NCBI GenBank assembly: GCA_965215505.1
Contig: OZ244065.1
Span: 2,176,001 to 2,240,000 of the forward strand
Direction: 5' to 3'
Origin: Capsulimonadaceae bacterium
GTDB lineage: Bacteria; Armatimonadota; Armatimonadia; Armatimonadales; Capsulimonadaceae
Length of the DNA stretch: 64,000 bases
Shown here: piece by piece, positions 45,984 to 55,369 of the stretch
Layout: every line of letters begins with the position of its first letter
Numbering within the stretch: position 1 is the first letter of the stretch
The notes under the pieces: generated by a model
What the model was told of the DNA's origin: nothing
The model's input: the letters and a program-made list of their open reading frames with translations, nothing else
Database searches by the model: none
Position numbers and translations under genes: made by a program

Positions 45984-48527
45984 ATGTCACCTAACGCCCC
46001 CACGAAGCCTCATTCCAAGCGCCCCCCGGCCGCACTGGCGACTGTCGTCCTGTTGTCGCTGCTGTCCTGGATGGCGCTGGCCGGTCCCGCCGCGCCGGAT
46101 GCTGTCGCGATCCGGCCTCTTGACAAGGCCGAAGCGCGCGGTGTCAATTACCGGCATCAGATCCAGCCGCTTCTGGCAAGCCGCTGCGGCCAGTGCCACG
46201 GCGGGGCCGCGCCGTCGGGGGGCCTCAGCGTCGTGTCACTGGCCGCGCTCCTGCGGGGCGGCGCGCACGGGTTGGACATAGTGGTCGGCAAGCCCGACGA
46301 GAGCGCGCTGATCCAGTATGTGCGCGGGCTGAGGACGCCCCGGATGCCGATGAGCGGCCCCGCCCTCTCGGTAGACGAGGTCCACTTGCTGCGCGAATGG
46401 GTTTTCGCCGGGGCGCGTGACGACGCGGTGGCAGGTGGCGCGGCGGGCGTCCAAGCGCGTCCCATCGCTCAGTTGCCAATCGAGGACGAGTCGGGATTGA
46501 GTCTCGCCGAGCTGCGGGTCAAGCACCTGGCCCGGCTGCCCCGCGCGCCTGCCGTCCCGGTCGTCAGTGCGCCCGCCTTCAACGAGATCGACCGCTTTAT
46601 CGCGGCGAAGTGGCGGGAAAAGAAATTCCCCACGCCGCCGGTCTGCGACGATAATGCCTTCGTGCGGCGGGTCTATCTAGACGTGGTCGGCGTCATCCCA
46701 ACGACCGCGCAAGCGCTGGCCTTTGTGCAGGACAGGACTCCCGGCAAACGAACGCGCCTCGTGGACGGTCTGTTGGCCCGTGATGACGACTACGCAGCCA
46801 ATTGGACTCCCTTCTGGGAGGACGCGCTGGCCTCCAACGGCGCGCACCAGGGCGGGGCCGGGTCACGCCCCAACCTGCGGTCCTGGCTTGCCGAGAACCT
46901 GCGGCACAACCGGCCCTATGATGAGATGGTCGCCGAACTGATCGACCCCACTTCTAGCGGCCCGACGGCCCCGCTGGCGCGCGGCTGGATACAGAACGCC
47001 GACCACACCGAGACGGCCCAGAGCGCGGCGTATGTCGCCCAGGTCTTCATGGGCACGGCGGTCAAGTGCGCCTCCTGCCACAACCACTTCCTGAACCCCG
47101 AGTGGCCCCAGAAGAAGTTCATGGGCTATGCCAGCTACTTTACGCCCCAGAACATGGAGGTGATCCGGTGCGAGGTGCATGAAGGCGAGTTCGTCCCGCC
47201 CACCTTCCTGTTCGACCAGCCGAGCGCGCGCAATGCCGCCGCCCACACGCCGCTCGATCAGGACCACCGCCTGCGTCAAGTTTCGCGGCTGATCGTGGAC
47301 CCCGAAAACCCCCGCTTCGCGACCTGTATCGTCAACCGCCTTTGGAAGCGCTACTTCGGCCTGGGCCTGGTCGAGCCGGCCGACGACTTCCGGGCGGAGG
47401 GCCGCGCTCCGAGCCACCCGGCCCTGCTGTCCTGGCTGGCCGATGATTTCATGCGCCACGGCTACGACCTGAAGCACACGATCCGGCTGATGCTGACCAG
47501 CCGCACCTATCAGCTCCGCTATGACCCGCGCCTGGCCGACACGTTCAGCGCCGCCGCCCCGGACGCCCCGCGCTTTTACCGCTCCCCCACCCTGCGCCGC
47601 CTGACCGAGGAGCAGCTTCTGGACAGCGTGAACGTCGCCATCGGCAACACGGGTGCGCCGCGCGCTTATTTGGACGGCGACTCGACCGCCCTTTCGCGCG
47701 CCCTCGGCAAGCCCGCCGCCCGTAACGAAGTTTCGACATCGCGCTCCGATGATGTCGCCGTCGTGCAGGCTCTGGAACTCCTGAACGGCGGGGAGTTCAA
47801 CCGCCGCGTCGCACTTGGAACGCTGGACCGGGAGTTGTCGGAGGAGCCGGAGTGGCCGCGCATCGTCAGCCGCGCTTATTGGGCGACACTGGGCCGCGCG
47901 CCGACTTCTAAAGAACTCGGGGCCGGCAACCAGTTTTTAGAAGCCGCACCGCCCATCCCGCCGAGCAGTCAGACCCCAACCGAGGCCATGTGGTGGGAGG
48001 ACGGCCCGCCCGCCGGGACGATGCTGCAAGGGCCGTGGCAGATAACCTCGGGCCTCGTCTACTCCGGCAAACAGGCCCACACCGCGCCCATCATGGCGGG
48101 CGCACAGCAGCACTACTTTCTGGGCGCGGCCACGCCGCTCTCCGTCGGGATGGGTGATACGCTGTTTACCTACGCTTATCTTGACCCGAAGGCCATGCCG
48201 CGCGAGGTCATGCTTCAGTGGAACGACGGCCTCTGGGAGCATCGGGCGTTCTGGGGCGAAGACCTGATCAACTTCGGCACGACGGCCACAACAAGCCGTC
48301 GGCGAATGGGCGACCTGCCCGCACCGGGAAAATGGGTGCGCCTGGAGGTCGCCGCCGACGCCGTGGGTCTGGCCGGGCACGAGATCGGTGGGATGTCTTT
48401 CGACCAGTTTGACGGGCGTGTCACGTTCGACCACAGCGGCGTGGTCCACGCCGTCCCGCCGCGCCCGGCCATCGTGGATATGCTGTGGGCGTTGACGGTC
48501 AGCCCGGAGTTCCAGTATATCCGGTGA
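45984..48527 (+). CDS. Planctomycete-type cytochrome c + DUF1549/DUF1553 (PSD1) protein
   Basis: CGQCH haem motif, FVRRVYLDVVG, CASCHNH, VNRLWKRYFGLGLV, PSHPALLSWLA, SPEFQY. Confidence 0.88.
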   Translation: MSPNAPTKPHSKRPPAALATVVLLSLLSWMALAGPAAPDAVAIRPLDKAEARGVNYRHQIQPLLASRCGQCHGGAAPSGGLSVVSLAALLRGGAHGLDIVVGKPDESALIQYVRGLRTPRMPMSGPALSVDEVHLLREWVFAGARDDAVAGGAAGVQARPIAQLPIEDESGLSLAELRVKHLARLPRAPAVPVVSAPAFNEIDRFIAAKWREKKFPTPPVCDDNAFVRRVYLDVVGVIPTTAQALAFVQDRTPGKRTRLVDGLLARDDDYAANWTPFWEDALASNGAHQGGAGSRPNLRSWLAENLRHNRPYDEMVAELIDPTSSGPTAPLARGWIQNADHTETAQSAAYVAQVFMGTAVKCASCHNHFLNPEWPQKKFMGYASYFTPQNMEVIRCEVHEGEFVPPTFLFDQPSARNAAAHTPLDQDHRLRQVSRLIVDPENPRFATCIVNRLWKRYFGLGLVEPADDFRAEGRAPSHPALLSWLADDFMRHGYDLKHTIRLMLTSRTYQLRYDPRLADTFSAAAPDAPRFYRSPTLRRLTEEQLLDSVNVAIGNTGAPRAYLDGDSTALSRALGKPAARNEVSTSRSDDVAVVQALELLNGGEFNRRVALGTLDRELSEEPEWPRIVSRAYWATLGRAPTSKELGAGNQFLEAAPPIPPSSQTPTEAMWWEDGPPAGTMLQGPWQITSGLVYSGKQAHTAPIMAGAQQHYFLGAATPLSVGMGDTLFTYAYLDPKAMPREVMLQWNDGLWEHRAFWGEDLINFGTTATTSRRRMGDLPAPGKWVRLEVAADAVGLAGHEIGGMSFDQFDGRVTFDHSGVVHAVPPRPAIVDMLWALTVSPEFQYIR

Positions 48528-48537
48528 CGAAGCACGA

Positions 48538-48684
48538 GCAGACGGAGGACGAGTGAATGAATTCACTCGCTTCGGGGAGAAGCGTCCAGGGGACGCGAGA
48601 ACGGCAAAGGCAGTCAGCACGTCTTCTGTCCCCTGGACAGGTCTTACAGGAGCGAGTGAATTCATTCACTCGTCCTCCGTCTGC
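48538..48684. repeat. REPIN/MITE-like element, copy A
   Basis: Perfect 34-bp terminal inverted repeat, plus inner GTCCAGGGGAC/GTCCCCTGGAC. Confidence 0.85.
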
Positions 48685-48698
48685 GTAACAAGGCTTAC

Positions 48699-48896
48699 AT
48701 GATGAAGAAATACTTGCCCGGTGCCGTCAGCTTCGCCTTGTTCCAGTTCGTGCCAATCATGATGAGACACACCCGGTTCAAGGAGTACACCACAGCCTAT
48801 ACCGGCATTCTCTTTGGCCTAGAAGTGCTGCTTCTCGCTGCCGTCCTGATCGTCCGACGTAACCGCCGAAAAATGCCCCCCGTCGCCCGTCTCTGA
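48699..48896 (+). CDS. Small two-helix membrane protein
   Basis: Two hydrophobic stretches and a basic tail; co-oriented, fills the gap. Confidence 0.45.
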   Translation: MMKKYLPGAVSFALFQFVPIMMRHTRFKEYTTAYTGILFGLEVLLLAAVLIVRRNRRKMPPVARL

Positions 48897-48925
48897 AAAT
48901 CCGCCATCGTAAGGAACCACCGTCC

Positions 48926-50902
48926 ATGAAGACCTTCCCCCGTACACTACTTCTGTGCGCCGCATTCGCCGCACCCCTGCCCGCGCTCGCTCAGGTGGCG
49001 GCGCCCCCGCCCGCCGACCGCCCGTTCCTGAACCCGCTGTTCAGCGACAGCATGGTACTCCAGCGCGGCCAGTCCGACCCCGTGTGGGGCTGGACAACGC
49101 CCGGCGCGACCGTCCGCGTCAGCATCGCGGGCAAGAACGCGCGGGCCGTGGCGGGCGCAGACGGCATGTGGATGGCGAAACTGCCGCCGCTGCCAACGGG
49201 TGGGCCGTACACGCTGAAGGTCACGGGTCCACAGACCGTGACCCTGACCGACGTGCAGGTGGGCGACGTGTGGGTCTGCTCCGGCCAGTCCAACATGGAG
49301 TTCGGGCTGGGCAATGTGGTCAACGCCGACCAGGAAACGGCGGCGGCGAACTACCCAAAGATACGGCTGTTCATGGTCCAGCACAACGTCAAGACGGACC
49401 CGCAGGCGACCGCCCCCGTCGCGCCCTGGGTGGCCTGCACCCCGCAGACTGTCCGGCAGGGCGGGTGGAACGGCTTCAGCGCCGTCGGCTACTTCTTCGG
49501 GCGCGAGCTGTACCAGAACCAGCACGTCCCCATCGGCCTGATCGAGACGGACTGGGGCGGGACGCCCGCCGAGGCCTGGACGAGCGGCCCGGCCCTGGCG
49601 AAGATGCCGGACTTCCAGGCCGCCGTGGCGCGGTTGACCGACCAGAGCGGCATGGCGTTAAGCCAAGCGCAGCAGATGAGCGCCTGGTACGCGAAGAACG
49701 ACCCCGGCCTGGCGTCCAAATGGTCCGACTCGGCGGCGGACGACGCGGCCTGGCCGACGATGACTCTGCCCGTGCTTTTCCAGGACGCGGGCATCACCGA
49801 ACTGAGCCGGTTCAACGGCATCATCTGGTTCCGCAAGACGGTTGATATTCCGGCCGACGTGGCCGGCAAAGACGTGACGCTGCACTTCATGGCGGACGAC
49901 AACGACACCACCTGGGTCAACGGTGTGCAGGTGGGCGCGACGGAGGGCTACAACGTCCCCCGCGCGTACCACATCCCCGCCGGGGTCCTCAAAGCCGGAC
50001 CGAACACCATCGCGGTCCGCGTCCTGGACACGGGCGGCAAGGGCGGCATCTACGGCGACCCGGCGGGCCTGTCCCTGGAAGTACCAGGGGGCCAGGCCGT
50101 CTCCCTCGCCGGGCCGTGGCGGTATCAGGCTGGCATCTCGCTGACGAAGGCGACGCCGCTGCCGCACGGCCCCGTGGACCAGAACACTCCGATGACGCTC
50201 TTCAACGGCATGGTCAACCCGCTCATCCCCTTCGGCATCAAGGGCGCGATCTGGTATCAGGGTGAGGCGAACGCCGGGCGGGCCTATCAGTACCGGACTC
50301 TGCTGCCGACGATGATCGCCGACTGGCGGGCGCGCTGGGGCGAGGGGAACTTCCCCTTCTACATCGTCCAGCTCGCCAACTGGGCACCCGGCGGCGATGC
50401 CTGGCCCGAGCTTCAGGAGGCACAGTGGCTGACGGCGAAGACCGTCCCGAACGCGGGCATCGCGACGGCCATAGACATCGGGAACTCGACCGACATCCAC
50501 CCCAAGAACAAGCAGGAGGTCGGACGCCGCCTGGCCCTCGTCGCCGAGGCGCAGGCCTTCGGCGAAAAGGTCGAGGACTCCGGCCCGCTCTACAAAGCCA
50601 TGACCGTGAATGGCGGCGCAGTCCGCCTGACCTTCACCCACCTCGGCGGCGGCCTGACGGCCAAAGCCGATGCCCCGCTGACGGGCTTCACCATCGCCGG
50701 CGCGGACAAGAAGTTCGTCCCCGCTAATACCCACATTGACGGCGACACGGTCGTCGTCTCGTCGCCCCAAGTCACGGCCCCCGTCGCCGTCCGGTACGCC
50801 TGGGCCGCCGACCCGGCGATCAGCTTGTACAACAAGGCGGGTTTGCCCGCCCTGCCCTTCCGCACCGACGACTGGCCGGGCGTGACGGCGAACGCCAAGT
50901 AA
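48926..50902 (+). CDS. Sialate O-acetylesterase (SASA) family protein, secreted
   Basis: GDVWVCSGQSNM, WGGTPAEAW, WYQGEAN, DIHPKNK, VRYAW. Confidence 0.9.
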   Translation: MKTFPRTLLLCAAFAAPLPALAQVAAPPPADRPFLNPLFSDSMVLQRGQSDPVWGWTTPGATVRVSIAGKNARAVAGADGMWMAKLPPLPTGGPYTLKVTGPQTVTLTDVQVGDVWVCSGQSNMEFGLGNVVNADQETAAANYPKIRLFMVQHNVKTDPQATAPVAPWVACTPQTVRQGGWNGFSAVGYFFGRELYQNQHVPIGLIETDWGGTPAEAWTSGPALAKMPDFQAAVARLTDQSGMALSQAQQMSAWYAKNDPGLASKWSDSAADDAAWPTMTLPVLFQDAGITELSRFNGIIWFRKTVDIPADVAGKDVTLHFMADDNDTTWVNGVQVGATEGYNVPRAYHIPAGVLKAGPNTIAVRVLDTGGKGGIYGDPAGLSLEVPGGQAVSLAGPWRYQAGISLTKATPLPHGPVDQNTPMTLFNGMVNPLIPFGIKGAIWYQGEANAGRAYQYRTLLPTMIADWRARWGEGNFPFYIVQLANWAPGGDAWPELQEAQWLTAKTVPNAGIATAIDIGNSTDIHPKNKQEVGRRLALVAEAQAFGEKVEDSGPLYKAMTVNGGAVRLTFTHLGGGLTAKADAPLTGFTIAGADKKFVPANTHIDGDTVVVSSPQVTAPVAVRYAWAADPAISLYNKAGLPALPFRTDDWPGVTANAK

Positions 50903-50913
50903 ACGAGGCCCAT

Positions 50914-52371
50914 ATGTCGGACCGGGATGAACAAGCACTGACGCGCCGCCGCCTGCTCCAAATGGGGATAGCGGCGGCAACACTCAACCTGCTCGGCGGT
51001 CGCACCGCTGGTGCCACGTCCGCCAAGACGCCCGCCGCAAAGCTCAAAGCGACTGCAGATTCAGTCATCGTCATCTGGCTGCCGGGCGGCGTCGCCCAGA
51101 CGGACACCTGGGACCCGAAGAAGTTCACCCCCTATGTCCAGGGCATGAAGGGGGGCGAGATCCTCGGCACCTGCCCTTCCATCCCGACTGCCGCCGACGG
51201 CGTCCGGCTGGGTGCGGGGCTGGAAAACATCGCTTCGGTCATGGACAAGGGAACCCTCCTGCGGAGCCTGACCAACCAGACCAAGTTCGGCGCGGTCCAC
51301 CTCAAAGCGCAGTATTACATGATGACCGGCTACCTCTTCCCTGCCGGGGTGGAGGCCCCCAGCCTCGGCGCGGTCGTCAGCCGGACTCTGGGGCGGCGCG
51401 ACCCGAACATCCCAGCCTATATTGACATCGGGCGGGACATCAACACCAGCAACGAGGAGTTCCTGTTCATCAACGAGTTCATGGGGCCGGGGTTTTATGG
51501 TGTCAAGCACGCGCCTTTCATGATCCCCGAGCCGGCCCAGGGCCTGCCGACCTTGAAGGCCGTCGCGGGCATGGATATGACACGTTTAGACCGGCGGCAG
51601 CACTACTTGGAGGCTATTACCGGCCTCTCCGCGCCCGCTTTGCAAACGGCCCACCCCGTCAAAGACTACGTCAAGGTGATGGAGGACGCGCGGGCCATGA
51701 TGGACTCGCCGGTCGAGCGCGCCTTCAAGTTCGCCGAGGAGGAGAAGCCCGAAACGCTCAAAGCCTACGACGTGGGCCACCGATTCGGCTTCGGCTGCCT
51801 GCTCGCCCGGCGTCTAGTGGAGAGCGGCGCACGGTTCGTCCAGGTGGAGTACCAGTACGAGCCGTTCGGCGGCTTCGACATGCACGCCGACGGCCAATCG
51901 CGCATGAAGGCCATGAAGGCGCAGATAGACCGCCCCATCGCCCAGCTCATCCGCGATCTGGACCAGCGCGGACTTTTGGACCGCACCCTGGTCGTCGTCA
52001 TGTCCGAGTTCGGCCGCACCATCGCCAACCAGCCCGCGGCGGGGACGGAGGCGTTCGGCTTTGCCGAGCGGTCCACGGGACAAGACCTGATCATCCAGAA
52101 CGAGAAGATGTACGGCTTCCACGGCCACTTCAGCAGCGGCAACTGCATGCTCTTCTTCGGCGGCGGCTTCAAGAAAGGCTTCGTCTACGGCAAGACCGCC
52201 GACGCCCATCCTCTGTTGCCCATCGAGAACCCGGTGCGATTAGAAGACATCCACGCCACTATTTACAAGGCCTTGGGAATTCCTGCCGACACCTTCTACG
52301 TCACCGAGCAGCGCCCGTTCTACGTCACCAACAACGGCAAAGGCGTCCCAATAGACGCCCTGCTGGCATAG
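50914..52371 (+). CDS. DUF1501 domain protein (Tat signal)
   Basis: LTRRRLL, GG..QTDTWDPK, LLARRLVESGARFV, SEFGRT. Confidence 0.9.
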   Translation: MSDRDEQALTRRRLLQMGIAAATLNLLGGRTAGATSAKTPAAKLKATADSVIVIWLPGGVAQTDTWDPKKFTPYVQGMKGGEILGTCPSIPTAADGVRLGAGLENIASVMDKGTLLRSLTNQTKFGAVHLKAQYYMMTGYLFPAGVEAPSLGAVVSRTLGRRDPNIPAYIDIGRDINTSNEEFLFINEFMGPGFYGVKHAPFMIPEPAQGLPTLKAVAGMDMTRLDRRQHYLEAITGLSAPALQTAHPVKDYVKVMEDARAMMDSPVERAFKFAEEEKPETLKAYDVGHRFGFGCLLARRLVESGARFVQVEYQYEPFGGFDMHADGQSRMKAMKAQIDRPIAQLIRDLDQRGLLDRTLVVVMSEFGRTIANQPAAGTEAFGFAERSTGQDLIIQNEKMYGFHGHFSSGNCMLFFGGGFKKGFVYGKTADAHPLLPIENPVRLEDIHATIYKALGIPADTFYVTEQRPFYVTNNGKGVPIDALLA

Positions 52372-52375
52372 TCTT

Positions 52376-52510
52376 GGCGGGTGGTTGAAAACCACTCGCT
52401 AGGAAAGGTATTCTTCGGATACTGGACATGATCTCATGAAGGCGGGAGCCTGGGATCTGATCCCCGTCCGAAGGACGCTTCTCCTAGCGCGTGGTTTTCA
52501 ACCACTCGCC
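52376..52510. repeat. REPIN/MITE-like element, copy B (diverged)
   Basis: GGCGGGTGGTTGAAAACCACTCGCTAGGA ... TCCTAGCGCGTGGTTTTCAACCACTCGCC. Confidence 0.7.
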
Positions 52511-52703
52511 TTGTCTGGACTCACGGGAACCTTCAGGATGGGGAAAGCCGACACCCGACAATTACCCCAGTTGCCTTACCGAACGTGCTATAATCAGTTA
52601 GCAAGGAAACAGCGAACATGGCAAGACCTGAAATCGAGTTAGCGCCCGAAGAACAGGCCTAGACTCAGCAGGGGGCGTATAAGACTCATGCCCCGAGAAG
52701 AAA

Positions 52704-55133
52704 GTGACACCTTTGCGATTGACCCGCGAAACCTGGAAAACCCGTGTCCAATGGGGCCTGTGGACGGTCGGCCTCCTGGGCATCATCGGCCTGGCGGGGA
52801 TGTCTTCGCCGCCCGCCGCTTCCCCGGCGCCTCCCCCCATGGCCGCTGGGCCGGTTTCGTATGACCGGGACGTCAAGCCGCTGCTGGTGGCCCGCTGCTA
52901 TGCCTGCCATGGCAATGGGACGCGGTTGGGCGGCTTCGCCGTAGACAGCCGCGAGGGCGTCCTGACTGGCGGGCAGGTGCATCCGGGCGTCGTACCGGGC
53001 AGCAGCGCGAAGAGCTACCTCATCAAATTAGTTCAGGGCGAGGTGCCGGACGAAGTCATGCCCGCGCGTGGGCCGCGCCTGACGCCCGCCGAGGTCGGCC
53101 TGCTGCGGGCGTGGATCGATCAGGGCGTGTCGTTCGGCAGCGCCACGACCGCCCTCTGGGTTCCGCCGCTCGCGCCGCGTCATCCGAAGCTGCCGGTCGC
53201 CAAACCGGGGTCCGGGCTGACCAACCCGGTTGACCGGCTCCTTCAGCCCTACTTTGCTGCCAACAAGATCATCCCGCCTGCCCTGGCGGATGACCGGACG
53301 TTTGCGCGGCGCGTCTCCCTGGATACCGTCGGCCTGCTGCCTCCACCCGATGAACTGGACCTCTTCGTCCGTGACCGCCGCCCCGACAAGCGGGCGCGGC
53401 TCGTGCAGCGGCTCCTCGGGGACGACACCGCCTATGCCGACCACTGGCTGACGTTCTGGAACGACATGCTCCGCAACGACTACGCCGGAACGGGCTACAT
53501 CGACGGCGGGCGGACGCAGATCACCGATTGGCTTTACGGCGCGCTCTGGCACAACCTGCCGTATGACAGGTTCGTGGCCCGACTGGTCGCCCCCACCCCG
53601 GACTCGGCGGGCTTCACCAACGGAATCGTCTGGCGTGGCACCGTGAATGCCAGCCAGACGCCCGCCATGCAGGCCGCCCAGAATGTCTCGCAAGTGTTCC
53701 TGGGCGTCAACCTCAAATGCGCCTCGTGCCACAACAGCTTTGTTTCGTCGTGGAAACTGGCCGATGCCTACGGCATGGCGGGCGTGTATTCGCCCTCGGA
53801 TGGCCCATTAGAAATGGTCCGGTGCGACAAGCCGACCGGGCAGACCGCGCCGATCAAGTTCATCTACCCCGCCCTGGGCACGATTGACGGCAGCGCGCCC
53901 CGCGAGAAGCGCATGGCGCAGCTCGCCGCCGTCCTGACCAGCCCGCGCGACGGGCGGCTGACCCGCACCTTCGTCAACCGCCTGTGGGCGAAGCTGATGG
54001 GGCGCGGACTGGTCGAGCCGACCGACGAGATGGACAGCCGCCCCTGGGACCCGGACCTGCTGGACTGGCTGGCCTCCGACTTCGCCGACCACGGCTACGA
54101 CGTCAAGCGCACCATCGGCCTGATCGTCACGTCGCGCGCCTACCAGATGCCCGCCGTCGGTCAGCCCTCGGAGCGCGCCGACGACTACCGTTTCACCGGG
54201 CCGACGGTCAAGCGCATGTCGGCGGAGCAGTTCTGCGACGCCGTTTCGCGGCTCACCGGCGTCTGGCCAGGCCCGGCCAACCCCATGCGGATCGTCAACG
54301 GCCTGCCCCAGCCGCCGCCGGGCCGTCAGGCCACGATCAAGTTCCAGAGCGGCGTCATCAAGTCCGGGTCGGTCCCCGTTGACGTAGACATCACGGGGGC
54401 ACGGTCGCTGTCTCTGGTGGTGACGAACGGCGGAAGCGGCTCGGTCGCCGACGATTGGGCGGATTGGGCCGAGCCGACACTGACCGGCCCGAGAGGCACG
54501 ATCAAGCTGACCGACCTGAAATGGGCCTCGGCGACGACGGGCTACGGCACGGTCCAGATGGACAAGAACATCATCGGGAAGCCGCTGCGCCTGGACGGCA
54601 AGACGTTCACAGGCGGCATCGGCACCCACGCAAACTCTGTCATCACCTACCTGCTGCCGCCCGGCCTGACCCGGTTCCATGCCACAGCCGGGCCGGACAT
54701 GGGCGCGCTCGAAGAGGGCAAGGGCGTCACGACGCTGGCCTTCTTCGTGCTGACCGGCGACCGTTCCCTGGTCGAGACGCGCGCCGCATTGGCCCAGGCG
54801 GACCCGCTCCAACGCGCTTTGGGCCGCCCCAACCGTGAGCAGGTGGTCACGGAGCGCCTGACGGCGGCGACGACGCTGCAAGCCTTAGAACTGACCAACG
54901 GCGAGACGCTGGCGGGGATGCTGGACGCGGGCGCGGCCCGGTGGACCGCAGACAAATCACAGCCGCCCCCGCGCCTCGTCAACGCCCTGTACCTGCAAGC
55001 ACTGGGCCGCCCGCCGACACCCGCCGAGCGCAAGGCCGCGCTGGCCGAGATCGGCTCCCCCGTCCGCTCGGAGGGCGTGCAAGACCTGCTCTGGGCGCTC
55101 GTGATGCTGCCCGAGTTCCAGCTAGTGTATTGA
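52704..55133 (+). CDS. Cytochrome c + DUF1549/DUF1553 protein with an inserted NPCBM/NEW2 domain
   Basis: CYACH, CASCHN; NPCBM-like KWASATTGYG...GIGTHANSVITY and DWADWAEP. Confidence 0.85.
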   Translation: MTPLRLTRETWKTRVQWGLWTVGLLGIIGLAGMSSPPAASPAPPPMAAGPVSYDRDVKPLLVARCYACHGNGTRLGGFAVDSREGVLTGGQVHPGVVPGSSAKSYLIKLVQGEVPDEVMPARGPRLTPAEVGLLRAWIDQGVSFGSATTALWVPPLAPRHPKLPVAKPGSGLTNPVDRLLQPYFAANKIIPPALADDRTFARRVSLDTVGLLPPPDELDLFVRDRRPDKRARLVQRLLGDDTAYADHWLTFWNDMLRNDYAGTGYIDGGRTQITDWLYGALWHNLPYDRFVARLVAPTPDSAGFTNGIVWRGTVNASQTPAMQAAQNVSQVFLGVNLKCASCHNSFVSSWKLADAYGMAGVYSPSDGPLEMVRCDKPTGQTAPIKFIYPALGTIDGSAPREKRMAQLAAVLTSPRDGRLTRTFVNRLWAKLMGRGLVEPTDEMDSRPWDPDLLDWLASDFADHGYDVKRTIGLIVTSRAYQMPAVGQPSERADDYRFTGPTVKRMSAEQFCDAVSRLTGVWPGPANPMRIVNGLPQPPPGRQATIKFQSGVIKSGSVPVDVDITGARSLSLVVTNGGSGSVADDWADWAEPTLTGPRGTIKLTDLKWASATTGYGTVQMDKNIIGKPLRLDGKTFTGGIGTHANSVITYLLPPGLTRFHATAGPDMGALEEGKGVTTLAFFVLTGDRSLVETRAALAQADPLQRALGRPNREQVVTERLTAATTLQALELTNGETLAGMLDAGAARWTADKSQPPPRLVNALYLQALGRPPTPAERKAALAEIGSPVRSEGVQDLLWALVMLPEFQLVY

Positions 55134-55149
55134 GCGGGAAGGCGATTTG

Positions 55150-55305
55150 GACGAGTGAGTGAAATCACTCGCTCCGCGACGGACCTGTCCAGGGGACAGA
55201 AGATAACACGCTGCGGCAGGCGTTATCAGCCACGTCGGCTCTTGAAATTACGCCCTTGTCCCTTGGACAAATCTGGCGCGCAGCGAGTGATTTCAATCAC
55301 TCGTC
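55150..55305. repeat. REPIN/MITE-like element, copy C
   Basis: GACGAGTGAGTGAAATCACTCGCT ... AGCGAGTGATTTCAATCACTCGTC; inner TGTCCAGGGGACA/TGTCCCTTGGACA. Confidence 0.8.
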
Positions 55306-55369
55306 TTGACGAGGCCCGGTACGCCAAGCGCCGCGTAACATCAGTCACTGACTCTCTAGAGGCCCACCC

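Noticed and set aside
48538-55305. CRISPR array
   Set aside because: Repeats are dispersed inverted doublets without regular spacers; no cas genes.
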